The translations under genes were made by a program, and so were the position numbers. From positions 27,294 to 91,293 of the forward strand of contig CAZNZK010000004.1 in assembly GCA_964577595.1 (NCBI GenBank): 64,000 bases of DNA, given 5' to 3'. The notes under the pieces were generated by a model. That model was not told the origin of the DNA and ran no database searches. It was given only the letters and a program-made list of their open reading frames with translations. Origin of the DNA: an uncultured Candidatus Saccharibacteria bacterium (GTDB taxonomy: Bacteria; Patescibacteriota; Minisyncoccia; Phycocordibacterales; JAKAEA01). This document shows, piece by piece, positions 9,369 to 19,184 of the stretch. The stretch's first letter is position 1, and each line of letters opens with the position of its first letter.

Positions 9369-10034
9369 GTGATCCTCCTTATAATCCATTCTTTACGTCG
9401 ATCCTTAGTTTTAAGCGCTTGTTCAGCGTTGGCGCTTCTTACTTTTTATATAACTCTCGAGCCTTTTTTCGCCATGGGCGCAACTTCGTAGGCCGTTGTG
9501 GTAACACTGAATGTGACGAGTGGCGTGGGAGTGACCGTTGATTCCAATGTGCTTGCTATGAGTACCAACTTGAGTATTAATCAAAACACTGCGGTAGCTA
9601 CCTCCACGTTTACCGTAAGCACAAACGATACTCTCGGCTATACATTTCAGTTGGCGGCAAGCACTAATCCTGCCATGCAGAGTGGTAGTAATAAAATTGC
9701 CGATTTTCCAACAACCACACCTCAGTTTTGGACGAGCGGTATTGGTAGCACCGACGCTCGTTTCGGTTTTTCGGTGGCGGGGAGTAATATAACGGGCGGC
9801 GCTGGTTACTGGGGTACGGGCAACTATTGCAATGGCGCCAGCACCAGCACTATTTCTACCACGCTTAAATATTTTGGTTTTTACACTACGGCCACAACAA
9901 CCGCAAAAAATTCCAGCACTACGACGCCTGCGGGCAACGCCACTACGGTGTGTTATGCGGTTAATCAAAATAATATGTTCATTTCAAGCGGTACGTACAC
10001 GGCAAACATTACGGGGACGGTGCTTGCTAACTAG
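9369..10034 (+). pseudogene. Secreted Thr/Ser-rich beta-protein (WxL/spore-coat-U-like) with an in-frame TAG at 9489-9491
   Basis: GTG at 9369 gives a signal-peptide-like SLVLSACSALALLTFYITLEPFFAMGATS*AVVVTLNVTSG in frame with ORF 9498-10034; C-terminus SGTYTANITGT. Confidence 0.65.
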
Positions 10035-10083
10035 GGTGGAATTTTCTTGTGTATTTTACGAAAAATCAGTAGAGTTAGGGGAA

Positions 10084-11289
10084 ATGTTTGCGAAAAAAAG
10101 AATCTATCTTGATTACGCGGCGGCAACGCCGGTGGATGGGCGCGTGGCTAAAGCGATGTGGCCATTTGCAGCAGAGAGGTTTGCCAATCCTTCAAGTATT
10201 CACGCGGAGGGAGTTCAGGCAAAAAAAGCCGTTACAGAAGCGCGTACGGGCATTGCTCGCATTTTAAACGTGCGTCCGGAAGAAATTATTTTTACAGCGA
10301 GCGGGACTGAGGCGGATAATTTGGCGATTGGCGGAGTGGTTATGGCGGCCCGCAAAAAGGGAATTACGGCACCGCATATTGTTACCACAAACATAGAGCA
10401 TCCGGCGATTCTGGAAACGTGCCGAGCGTTGGAGGAGTGGGGAATTAAAGTTTCTTACGTTCCGGTGGAATCTAACGGTATCATTGATGTAAAAAAAATC
10501 GCGGCGGCTGTAACGCCAGAAACAGTTTTGGTAACGGTGCAATTGGCCAATAGCGAAATCGGCACGATTCAACCGTTGCGTGAAATTGCGCGGGCTATTA
10601 CAGAATATAAAATTGCCCAGAATAAAAAAGATGAACCGACGCTCGGTCAGCTCAACTACCCCTACTTTCATACCGATGCTAGCCAGGGGCCCAATTTTCT
10701 GGATGTAAATTTTCAGAAATATGGCGTGGATATGATGACTTTGGATGCGGCTAAAATATACGGTCCGAAAGGTGTCGGTTTATTGGCGGTGAAGCGGCAA
10801 GTGACTCTGGAGCCCCAGATTTTAGGCGGAGGTCAAGAAGCTGGCCGGCGGGCGGGCACGGAAAATGTGCCGGCCATTATTGGTCTTGCCGAAGCTTTGA
10901 AAATTGCTGACCAAATGCGTGAAAAAGAGGCGACACGAATGGCCAAACTTCAGGAATATTTCATACAGTCTTTAGAAAAACTTTTCCCCATAAATAGGGT
11001 GATTTTGAACGGCGACCGTAATAAACGCTTGCCGAACAATGTTAATATAGGTGTGGGGGCGGCTGGAAAAGACGCGGAATTCATGGTTTTACAGCTAGAT
11101 AACCAGGGAATTGCGGCTTCGGCCGGCAGTGCCTGCACCAATCTCTCTACGGCGACGTATTCGTATGTGGTTGAGGCGATTAGTCCGGGATTAAAGAGTT
11201 CTTCAATCCGTTTCAGCTTCGGCCGCGGCACAAATCGTAAGGAATTAGATTTGACACTACGCATTCTGCGTTCTATAATAGAGTCCTAA
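10084..11289 (+). CDS. iscS: Cysteine desulfurase (IscS/NifS family)
   Basis: IYLDYAAATP, ANPSS, FHTDASQ, KIYGPKG, SAGSAC. Confidence 0.93.
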   Translation: MFAKKRIYLDYAAATPVDGRVAKAMWPFAAERFANPSSIHAEGVQAKKAVTEARTGIARILNVRPEEIIFTASGTEADNLAIGGVVMAARKKGITAPHIVTTNIEHPAILETCRALEEWGIKVSYVPVESNGIIDVKKIAAAVTPETVLVTVQLANSEIGTIQPLREIARAITEYKIAQNKKDEPTLGQLNYPYFHTDASQGPNFLDVNFQKYGVDMMTLDAAKIYGPKGVGLLAVKRQVTLEPQILGGGQEAGRRAGTENVPAIIGLAEALKIADQMREKEATRMAKLQEYFIQSLEKLFPINRVILNGDRNKRLPNNVNIGVGAAGKDAEFMVLQLDNQGIAASAGSACTNLSTATYSYVVEAISPGLKSSSIRFSFGRGTNRKELDLTLRILRSIIES

Positions 11290-11301
11290 ATATATCACCA
11301 T

Positions 11302-14046
11302 ATGCCACCACTGCAACACTTCACCACAAAAGCAAAAGAAGCCATTAGAAAAGCTCACGAGCTAGCTATTGAGCGTGGTCAAAATCACGTTAATCCGCTC
11401 CATTTACTGGCGGCTTTAATATTGCAGGAAGAAAGCATGGTTAGTGCCATCTTAGACAAGCTTGAAATAGACACTATTCTGTTAACCGATTCCCTAATGG
11501 AGTCTATTGAAGGCCCGGAAGGCGGCTCCACGCTTAATCCTTCCTACCAAATTTACCTAACGCCGGACTTAGCCCAGGTGCTTGCCGACTCCGAGCGGGT
11601 GGCAAAATCGCTCAATGACGAATTCATTTCCACGGAACACCTTTTTGTGGCCATGCTTGACGTGGCTGGCGCCGCTCGCGACTTGCTCGCTCGTTTTCGC
11701 CTCAACCGCGACGCGGTGGTAAAGGTCTTGGAAGAACTGCGTGCCAACAAAGTGACCGACGTTCACGGGCCAAAAAAGCCGAAAGCGCTCGCTCGTTACA
11801 CTCGCTCGCTCACCAAGCTCGCCGCCGAAAACAAGCTTGATCCTGTTATTGGCCGTGACAATGAAATCATGCGCATCATTCAAATTCTTTCGCGCCGCAC
11901 CAAAAATAATCCCATTCTCATTGGCGAGGCCGGTGTTGGTAAAACCGCCATCGTTGAGGGCTTGGCTCTGCGCATGGCCCAGGGCGATGTACCAGAATCT
12001 TTGAAGGACAAAGAGCTGGTATCGCTTGACCTAGGCGCGCTGGTGGCGGGGACAAAGTATCGCGGCGAATTTGAAGAGCGTCTCAAAAATATTCTTAAAG
12101 AAATTGAGCGCGCGGCTGGCAAAATCATTCTTTTTATTGATGAAATCCACACTATTGTGGGCGCCGGCGCGGCCGAGGGCTCTTTGGACGCCTCCAACAT
12201 GTTGAAGCCCGCTTTGGCGCGCGGTGAGCTCCGAGCGATTGGCGCCACCACCATCAAGGAGTATCAAAAGCATATTGAAAAGGACCCGGCTCTGACGCGT
12301 CGCTTCCAGCCGGTGTTCGTAAACGAGCCGTCCCTTGATGACACAGTCGCCATTTTGCGCGGTTTGAAGGAAAAATATGAGCTTTACCACGGCGTGCGTA
12401 TTACCGACGACGCCATTGTCGCCGCCGCCACTCTTTCTTCTCGCTACATCACTGATCGTTACTTGCCCGATAAAGCCGTTGACCTTATTGATGAAGCCGC
12501 TTCTTTTTTGAAAATCACTCTGGAGGATATGCCGCCGGTTTTGCAGGAAACGCATGCCAAAATTATGCGCTTGGAAATTGAGCGCGAAGCTCTTAAAAAG
12601 GAAACCACCAAAACCGCCAAGGACAGGGTGAAAATCATTGAAGCGGAAATCGGCAATCTAAAAGAGCAAACTTCCGAAATTGAGCTTAAGTGGAAAAATG
12701 AAAAAGAGACACTTGGCGAAATTAAAACCATCAAGAAAGAGCTGGAGCAGTCACGCTTGGAAGCTGAAAGCGCCGAAGCTCATGCCGACCTTGGCAAAGC
12801 CGCAGAAATCCGCTACGGCCGCATTCCCCAGTTGGAAAAAGACCTTGACCTTAAACTCAAACGCTTGAAGAAGCTGCAGAGCTCGCGCCGCATTCTGAAA
12901 GAAGAAATTATGGAGCAGGATGTTGCCGATGTGGTTTCGCGTTGGACGGGTATCCCCGTGGCTCGCATGCTTGAGGGCGAGGCCGACAAGTTGAGTCGTA
13001 TGGAAGAAGAGCTTCGCAAGCGCATTGTTGGTCAAGATGAAGCCGTTAAGAAAATCGCCGACACGGTGAAGCGTTCGCGCGCCGGCATTAGCGACCCTAA
13101 CCGCCCTATTGGCTCATTTATTTTCCTTGGCCCCACGGGCGTCGGCAAAACCGAGCTCACGAAAGCACTGGCAGAATTTATGTTTGATGACGAAAAAGCT
13201 CTCGTTCGCTTAGACATGTCTGAATTTATGGAAAAACATTCCATTTCCAAGCTTATTGGTGCGCCGGCCGGCTATGTTGGCTATGAAGAAGGCGGCAACT
13301 TTACCGAAATGGTTCGTCATCGCCCCTATTCCGTTATTCTTTTGGATGAAATTGAAAAGGCCCACCCTGAAGTGTTCAACGTGCTCCTCCAAGTGCTTGA
13401 TAATGGCCAGCTCACCGATGCTAAGGGTCGCCGCGTCAATTTCCGCAACACCGTCATCATTATGACCTCCAACCTCGGTGCCAACTACATTGATAAAATG
13501 CAAAAATTCGGCTTCGGCAAGGCGGAGAAGGGTTCCATTGAGGAAGATGGCCAAAAGGTAGATTACGAGCAAATAAAAGAGCGTGTCACCGAATCGCTCC
13601 GTGAATTCTTCCGTCCCGAGTTTCTCAACCGCATTGATGACACCATCATCTTTGATATCCTGAGTCGCGATGCTATCCGTAAAATCGTTGAAATTCAGGT
13701 TAATCTTATTCAAGCACGTTTGGCTGCCAAAGAAATCACTCTGGAAATTTCACCGGAGGTTGTGGATTATCTCGCCCGCGAAGGTTACAACCCACAATAC
13801 GGTGCACGTCCTTTGAAGCGTCTCATTCAAAATAAAATTCTCACCCCCGTTGCTTCCATGATGATTTCCAAAGGAATCATGCGCGGTGGGGCAGTGAAAG
13901 TGAGCTTGAAAACTGGTAGCGGCACCGCCAAAACGGGTTCAGCCGAATTCACCTTTGATGTTAAAAAAGGCAAAAAGGGCAGTCTCCTGCGTGAAGATGT
14001 TCTGAGTACTATAGAAACCAATATTCCCGAAGAAGTCAGAAAATAA
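11302..14046 (+). CDS. clpB: Chaperone ClpB
   Basis: Two AAA+ modules ([16 protein letters not shown]), Clp N-domain and middle coiled coil. Confidence 0.95.
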   Translation: MPPLQHFTTKAKEAIRKAHELAIERGQNHVNPLHLLAALILQEESMVSAILDKLEIDTILLTDSLMESIEGPEGGSTLNPSYQIYLTPDLAQVLADSERVAKSLNDEFISTEHLFVAMLDVAGAARDLLARFRLNRDAVVKVLEELRANKVTDVHGPKKPKALARYTRSLTKLAAENKLDPVIGRDNEIMRIIQILSRRTKNNPILIGEAGVGKTAIVEGLALRMAQGDVPESLKDKELVSLDLGALVAGTKYRGEFEERLKNILKEIERAAGKIILFIDEIHTIVGAGAAEGSLDASNMLKPALARGELRAIGATTIKEYQKHIEKDPALTRRFQPVFVNEPSLDDTVAILRGLKEKYELYHGVRITDDAIVAAATLSSRYITDRYLPDKAVDLIDEAASFLKITLEDMPPVLQETHAKIMRLEIEREALKKETTKTAKDRVKIIEAEIGNLKEQTSEIELKWKNEKETLGEIKTIKKELEQSRLEAESAEAHADLGKAAEIRYGRIPQLEKDLDLKLKRLKKLQSSRRILKEEIMEQDVADVVSRWTGIPVARMLEGEADKLSRMEEELRKRIVGQDEAVKKIADTVKRSRAGISDPNRPIGSFIFLGPTGVGKTELTKALAEFMFDDEKALVRLDMSEFMEKHSISKLIGAPAGYVGYEEGGNFTEMVRHRPYSVILLDEIEKAHPEVFNVLLQVLDNGQLTDAKGRRVNFRNTVIIMTSNLGANYIDKMQKFGFGKAEKGSIEEDGQKVDYEQIKERVTESLREFFRPEFLNRIDDTIIFDILSRDAIRKIVEIQVNLIQARLAAKEITLEISPEVVDYLAREGYNPQYGARPLKRLIQNKILTPVASMMISKGIMRGGAVKVSLKTGSGTAKTGSAEFTFDVKKGKKGSLLREDVLSTIETNIPEEVRK

Positions 14047-14051
14047 TCCTG

Positions 14052-14525
14052 TTAATTTGCCAGCTTAGGGTGCCAAAAAATCTTCTCTATTTTCCGCTCG
14101 ACCGGTTGCCAGGCGTGTTCTTGCGGTGAGCCGGCTTTTTCGTCGTTGCTGATAGCTTTCCCGTTACCGACATAGAAGCCGATATGGGCGTGAATGCCGC
14201 TCGTACCGAAATCTTTTTTCGCCCATACCAGCACGGCGCCGACCGGCGGCTCTTTTTCAAGCGGTAATTCTTGCCAACCGCTCGTTTGTAAGTCTGTCAC
14301 TGTGCTTTCAACAGTGGCGTGCGGATTTTTTATCAAACCCGAAGCCGCCAAAACCCACGAAGCAAAAAATGAGCACGAAAGCTCGCCATTTTTTGTGATA
14401 TCGGTTTTTAGACCGTTCACGGTCGCGTATAAATTACGAAACGTATGCGTGCCAACGCTGTTATGAATGACCGCCAGATAGGTGTCTAGTAATCGGAACT
14501 GCACTGTGGATTTTACTTCTGTCAT
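14052..14525 (-). CDS. NlpC/P60- or CHAP-like hypothetical hydrolase
   Basis: LSCSFFAS and HAHIGFYVGNGKAISN Cys/His motifs; start 2 nt after tRNA-Tyr. Confidence 0.6.
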   Translation of the reverse strand: MTEVKSTVQFRLLDTYLAVIHNSVGTHTFRNLYATVNGLKTDITKNGELSCSFFASWVLAASGLIKNPHATVESTVTDLQTSGWQELPLEKEPPVGAVLVWAKKDFGTSGIHAHIGFYVGNGKAISNDEKAGSPQEHAWQPVERKIEKIFWHPKLAN

Positions 14526-14527
14526 TG

Positions 14528-14611
14528 TGCGCAGGGAGGGATTTGAACCCCCGTAGCCCATAGGGCGTCAGATTTACAGTCTGATGCAATTGACCGCTCT
14601 GCCACCTGCGC
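14528..14611 (-). tRNA. tRNA-Tyr (GTA)
   Basis: tcaga-ctgtaaa-tctga anticodon arm; long variable arm. Confidence 0.95.
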
Positions 14612-14676
14612 GTGAAAACCATTGTATTCTAGCGGCAAAAGCGGTTATAATCAAGTGTGTAGAAATTACTCTTTTT

Positions 14677-15525
14677 ATGACCCATTGCTATCTGAACGGA
14701 AAAATCATGCCACTAGCCGAAGCGAAGGTTGGCATTTTAGATATCGGCCTTTTGCGTGGCTACGCTATTTATGAGGCCTTGGCTGTTTACAATGGCCGGC
14801 CTTTTATGTTTGACGACCATATGGCCCGCTTTCGCCGCTCTGCCGAGGCCATGCGGCTCACTATTCCCGCCACGAATCAAAAAATTGCCGAGGCCATTTC
14901 CGCGCTCTTGAAGCGCAACAAGCTTACTGATGCTCGCATTAAATTTCTTCTTACGGGTGGCGAAACGGTTGATGGTATTGACTACAAGGGCGACAAGCTT
15001 ACGTTCTTTATCCTAGCCGAACCCTTTGACCCGTTGCCTAAAAAAATAAAGGATCATGGTTGCACGCTTATTAGTTACGAATTTCAGCGTCAATTTCCCG
15101 AATATAAAACGTCCAATTACATCACGGGCGTGTGGATGCAGCCGGCACGTAGAAAAGCTGGCGCGCTTGAAATACTCTTTACGTGGCAGGGCAGGGTGTT
15201 GGAGTGTTCCACCAGTAATTTTTTCATCGTTAAAAACGGGGCCATTATTACGGCCGCCCGGGACATTCTTTCCGGTATTACCCGCAAAGCCGTTTTGCGG
15301 TTGGCCAAGCACTCCGGCATGAAAGTGGAAGAGCGTGACCTCGGCGTAAGTGAGTTGGCCACTGCTGACGAAGCCTTCATTACTTCTAGTTTTAAGGAGA
15401 TAGTGCCGGTTATAAAAATAGACAACGTTACTATCGGCAACGGCAAACCGGGGGTGACTACTAAGAAATTAGCCACACTTTTTGAACACCACGTTGCAGA
15501 AGTCGCTTCAAGCTCGGTGGCTTAA
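14677..15525 (+). CDS. PLP-dependent aminotransferase class IV (D-amino-acid/branched-chain type)
   Basis: DIGLLRGYAIYE, HMARF, KTSNY, ECSTSNFF, ILSGITR. Confidence 0.9.
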   Translation: MTHCYLNGKIMPLAEAKVGILDIGLLRGYAIYEALAVYNGRPFMFDDHMARFRRSAEAMRLTIPATNQKIAEAISALLKRNKLTDARIKFLLTGGETVDGIDYKGDKLTFFILAEPFDPLPKKIKDHGCTLISYEFQRQFPEYKTSNYITGVWMQPARRKAGALEILFTWQGRVLECSTSNFFIVKNGAIITAARDILSGITRKAVLRLAKHSGMKVEERDLGVSELATADEAFITSSFKEIVPVIKIDNVTIGNGKPGVTTKKLATLFEHHVAEVASSSVA

Positions 15526-15581
15526 ACACTTGCCTTTTTTGCCAAGGTGTAGTATTTTTACGTCTCTAATCGTTTCAATAT

Positions 15582-15740
15582 ATGTCCCAAGATCGCCTCA
15601 TAAAACTCGCCTGCCAAACCTGTAAACGTATCAATTACTGGTCTAGCAAAAACAAGCGCAAAGTAGAGCGCAAAATTGAGCTGAAAAAATTCTGCAAATG
15701 GTGTGGCAAGAAGACCACTCACAAAGAAGTTAAGAAATAA
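15582..15740 (+). CDS. rpmG: 50S ribosomal protein L33 (Zn-binding type)
   Basis: MSQDRLIKLACQTCKRINYWSSKNKRKVERKIELKKFCKWCGKKTTHKEVKK; too short for the ORF track. Confidence 0.95.
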   Translation: MSQDRLIKLACQTCKRINYWSSKNKRKVERKIELKKFCKWCGKKTTHKEVKK

Positions 15741-15793
15741 TTCGCACTTCTTATTTCAAAGAAAAACGGCTGGCCTTGGGGCCAGCCGCGCGG

Positions 15794-16576
15794 TTATTCG
15801 CATTCCAGAAATTGTTTGAGCGATGGTCGCAAGCGGAGTAATTGCAGGGTGCTCCGGTGGATTTGTCGTACGAGCGATTCGCTGATGCCGAGCATTTCCG
15901 CCGTTTCTTTTACTTTCAGGTGTTCATAATAGCGGAGGATGAGTACTCTCCGGCTTCGTAGGTCAATACCCGAGAAGATGTGCCGAGAAGAATCTTCCAG
16001 GACAAGCCTTTGGTCGGGAGGTGCCTCTCGGTAATCTGCCGTTAGGTAGGAACTTCGTTGGTTTTCCGATTCTTCCGAAGAGCACACTATGTGGCTCATG
16101 AGCGGAAGCTGGTGTGTGCCGGAGGCGTATAGAGCTTTAAACGCCGCGGCGGGCAAGCCCAACTCTTCGTGCAATTCTTCAAAGTCCGGCTCGCGTCCCG
16201 AGCGCATTTTAAATGTGTTTCGTGCGGTTTCAATGCGCGTGTTACGTCGCCGAGCCACCACTGATACCCAGTCACACGCCCTCATTTGGTCAAGCATGGC
16301 GCCGCGAATGCGTTGGCTTGCGTACGTCTCAAAACGTACGCCCCGGTTTTGGTCGAAAGCCTGTATTGCTTTTCGGAGGCCGAGTATCCCAACTGAGTAT
16401 AAGTCGTCCTTATCTATAACGGCCTGCTCAGACAGGCGGGTATACATAACGCGAGCGAGAGTTCGAGCAAGTGGCGCGTAGTGCACGATAAGCTCGTTGC
16501 ACAACGCATTGGTTCTTTTGGCGCGATAACGGTTCCATACCTCCTGGATGGGTACTGCGGTTTTAGGCGTGCTCAT
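15794..16576 (-). CDS. FliA/WhiG (sigma-28) family sigma factor
   Basis: DDLYSVGILGLRKAIQAFD..GVRFETYASQRIRGAMLDQMR..DW; region 4 LRYYEHLKVKETAEMLGISES; AAGGAG SD. Confidence 0.85.
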   Translation of the reverse strand: MSTPKTAVPIQEVWNRYRAKRTNALCNELIVHYAPLARTLARVMYTRLSEQAVIDKDDLYSVGILGLRKAIQAFDQNRGVRFETYASQRIRGAMLDQMRACDWVSVVARRRNTRIETARNTFKMRSGREPDFEELHEELGLPAAAFKALYASGTHQLPLMSHIVCSSEESENQRSSYLTADYREAPPDQRLVLEDSSRHIFSGIDLRSRRVLILRYYEHLKVKETAEMLGISESLVRQIHRSTLQLLRLRPSLKQFLECE

Positions 16577-16708
16577 ACACTACTCCTTTTTGTAGGTACA
16601 ATTTTTAAAAGTCTGCGCTTAGGATACTCCAGCAATTTTTGTTTGGCAATATTAAGGAGGCTTCGCCCGGCAATTGCCTTTAGTGAACGGTCGTTCTATT
16701 ATTGGGTG

Positions 16709-17893
16709 ATGGAACCGCTTGCGTCTAAAATACGGCCGAAAAATTTGGGGGATTTTGTGGGGCAGGAGCATTTGGTGGGGGCAGGGAAGCCGCTGGCTAT
16801 TGCGGTGGCTGAGAAGCATTTGTTCTCATTTATTCTGTGGGGCCCGCCGGGGACGGGCAAAACCACGCTGGCGCGTATTTATGCCAATGCTTTGGACGCG
16901 CATCTTTTTGAGCTCTCGGCTGTTTCCGCGGGCAAGGATGACATTCGCGCTATTGTTGAGGACAGGAGTATTTTAGATCAGCGGCCCAAGCTCTTGTTTT
17001 TAGACGAAATTCACCGTTTTAATAAAGCTCAGCAGGATTTTCTGTTGCCGTTTGTGGAAAGCGGCGTGCTCACGCTCATCGGCGCGACCACCGAGAACCC
17101 AAGCTTTGAAGTCATCCCGGCGCTCCTTTCGCGCTGTCGTGTTTTTATTTTGAATGAGCTTTCTGAGGCAAATGTAGAGAAAATTATCGTGCGCGCGGCC
17201 AAAGAAGTCAAAATTAAAATCTTGAAAGAGGCACGCACGTGGCTGGCCAACATGGCCAATGGCGACGCCCGCCAGGCCATTACGGTGCTGGAAAATGCCC
17301 ACCAGCTTTATGGCGACAAAATCACCGTAGAGGCACTTAGGGAAACTATTCAAAATAAATTCTTGCGTTTTGATAAAAAAGGCGAGGAGCACTACAACGT
17401 CATCAGTGCGTTCATAAAAAGTATGCGGGCCAGCAATGCCGACGCTGCGCTCTATTATTTGGCGCGGATGCTGGACGCCGGCGAAGACCCAAAATTTATC
17501 GCCCGCAGAATGGTTATTTTTGCCTCGGAAGACATTGGCCTAGCCGCGCCCACCGCCCTTGTGGTGGCCAACGACGTATTCAGGGCGGTAGAAACCATTG
17601 GTATGCCTGAATGTGCCATCAACCTGGCTCATGGCGTTTCCTATCTCGCTGGGGCGCCTAAGGACCGGAGCTCCTATAACGCCCTTCAGGCCGCCACCAG
17701 CGACGTTAAAAAGTATGGCAACTTGCCCGTGCCTCTACGCTTGCGCAATGCGCCTACCAAGCTCATGAAAGAAATTGGCTATGGCGAAGGCTATGAAAAA
17801 TACAGCAAAGAAAGTTTTTTGCCCGATAAAATTAAAGATAACGTCTACCTCAAACGGCCGCCACAGACCCCCAAGAAAAAGGGGAATAAATAG
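16709..17893 (+). CDS. rarA: Replication-associated recombination protein A (RarA/MgsA)
   Basis: GQEHL, WGPPGTGKT, DEIHRFNKAQQD, GATTENP, ISAFIKSMR. Confidence 0.95.
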   Translation: MEPLASKIRPKNLGDFVGQEHLVGAGKPLAIAVAEKHLFSFILWGPPGTGKTTLARIYANALDAHLFELSAVSAGKDDIRAIVEDRSILDQRPKLLFLDEIHRFNKAQQDFLLPFVESGVLTLIGATTENPSFEVIPALLSRCRVFILNELSEANVEKIIVRAAKEVKIKILKEARTWLANMANGDARQAITVLENAHQLYGDKITVEALRETIQNKFLRFDKKGEEHYNVISAFIKSMRASNADAALYYLARMLDAGEDPKFIARRMVIFASEDIGLAAPTALVVANDVFRAVETIGMPECAINLAHGVSYLAGAPKDRSSYNALQAATSDVKKYGNLPVPLRLRNAPTKLMKEIGYGEGYEKYSKESFLPDKIKDNVYLKRPPQTPKKKGNK

Positions 17894-17907
17894 CGCTTTT
17901 TGTGAAG

Positions 17908-17935
17908 TTGACGACATCGCCTCGTTTGCTATAAT
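17908..17935 (+). promoter_or_regulatory. sigma70 promoter pointing at the 3' end of mazF-1
   Basis: TTGACG-N16-TATAAT with extended TG; no credible + strand protein gene before the toxin. Confidence 0.75.
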
Positions 17936-17941
17936 TATAAG

Positions 17942-18073
17942 GACTTTTGGTTCTGGTGATTGTCCGTCGGATTATCATCACAGCCCCGCGGTGGCAGAAA
18001 TGCCGCCGCCGACAAAGTAAACAATGGCTTCGGCCCGACTCCATCGCAAGGTGGAGGCACACAAAGAGGAGAC
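17942..18073 (+). ncRNA. Candidate structured small RNA convergent with mazF-1
   Basis: gcggtggca-GAAA-tgccgccgc, ggc-TTCG-gcc and ctccatc-GCAA-ggtggag hairpins with G-U pairs on this strand. Confidence 0.6.
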
Positions 18074-18478
18074 TCAAGGCAATAGGGCTTTGAGTCTTTT
18101 CGTAAGTTCTTTAAATTCTTCTTCCTTCATAATACCTATTAGATTAGCCAAACGTTTTGTGTCAATTAATCGGAGTTGAGAAAGGATTACTGCGCCCCTA
18201 ATTAAATCTAGGGATGCAATGGGGAAATAATATTTTTGTAAATGGGTCGCCACCGCTCTATTCGAGGTTGTTACGGGTAGTACCCAGCATATATCTTTAC
18301 TAAACTTTCTAAAAATAATAATAGGGCGAGCAAATTCTTTCGAGTCCCCATCTTGTTCTGAGCCGATATTTATGCCGAGGTAGCAAAACCAAATTTCTCG
18401 TTCATGAAAAAATGGCCGATTCGTTTTCGCCTCAATAATTTTCTTCTTTTCGCTCCACTTTTGAAAATCTTTTTCCAC
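18074..18478 (-). CDS. PemK/MazF-family toxin (no adjacent protein antitoxin)
   Basis: FQKWSEKKK..FHEREIWFCYLGINIGSEQDG..RPIII..PVTT..LSQLRLIDTKRL. Confidence 0.88.
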   Translation of the reverse strand: MEKDFQKWSEKKKIIEAKTNRPFFHEREIWFCYLGINIGSEQDGDSKEFARPIIIFRKFSKDICWVLPVTTSNRAVATHLQKYYFPIASLDLIRGAVILSQLRLIDTKRLANLIGIMKEEEFKELTKRLKALLP

Positions 18479-18534
18479 CGTGCTACGCTAGCATGCGGGA
18501 GTTAAAATTCTCATCAATTTTTCTTAAATCTTCT

Positions 18535-18837
18535 ATGAAATCGTTCAAAGAAAAAGTCTACGCGCTCGCGCAAAAAATTCCAGCCGGAAAAGTGGCCACG
18601 TATGGTCAGCTTGCTACGATGGCGGGCAATTTCAAGGCGGCACGGGCAGTGGGGGCTCTCATGAGGCATAATCCCGACAATAAACTCGTTCCATGCCACC
18701 GCGTTGTAGCTGCGAATGGGGTATTAACAGGCTTCGCTTTTGGCGGCATCGTAGTTAAGAAGAAGAAACTTAAAAAGGAAGGAGTTGTTTTTAACGGCGA
18801 GCGCGTCAACGTGGCAATTTCTGGTTGGCGTCAATAA
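18535..18837 (+). CDS. Methylated-DNA-protein-cysteine methyltransferase (Ogt DNA-binding domain)
   Basis: IPAGKVATYGQLA, ARAVG, PCHRV. Confidence 0.9.
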   Translation: MKSFKEKVYALAQKIPAGKVATYGQLATMAGNFKAARAVGALMRHNPDNKLVPCHRVVAANGVLTGFAFGGIVVKKKKLKKEGVVFNGERVNVAISGWRQ

Positions 18838-18897
18838 TTCCATATCGTTTTCAAAATGCCTGTTTTTTGCTACTATCAGGCTCGTAGCAAAGCATCT

Positions 18898-18969
18898 GGG
18901 CCTATAGTTTCAATGGTAAAACGACGGTCTCCAAAACCGCAGTTCCCCGTTCGAGTCGGGGTGGGCCCG
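18898..18969 (+). tRNA. tRNA-Trp (CCA)
   Basis: cggt-ctccaaa-accg anticodon arm; GTTCGAGT T loop. Confidence 0.93.
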
Positions 18970-19088
18970 CAGTGAAGCACCACTTTCAGTCCTGATAATT
19001 AATTTCTATGTCGCACGAGAGCGGCCGGAATCGTATTTCCGGACATTCCTTGCGCGTTATTGTAATTCAAAATATACTAGTCACATTG

Positions 19089-19171
19089 GAATTACATGTT
19101 TCTGAATTCGCATACACTTGAATTAGAGATAGTCTAATTCTAATCGATTTGAATTAAATTAACGCTAATTC
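19089..19171. promoter_or_regulatory. Three palindromic operator-like boxes at 31-bp period
   Basis: GAATTA-N9-(T/G)AATTC starting at 19089, 19120 and 19151, upstream of the fic gene. Confidence 0.7.
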
Positions 19172-19184
19172 TAATGCACTAAAT

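Noticed and set aside
9832-10083. Extended N-termini from the ORF track (iscS, rarA, rnr, GT2, aminotransferase, bcp)
   Set aside because: The extensions overlap neighbouring genes, tRNAs or promoters; family homology starts at downstream ATGs.
17850-18077. Short ORFs (17850-18077 minus, 17775-18020 plus) as antitoxin peptides
   Set aside because: They overlap rarA, the promoter and the hairpins, have atypical composition and have no counterpart at locus 2.
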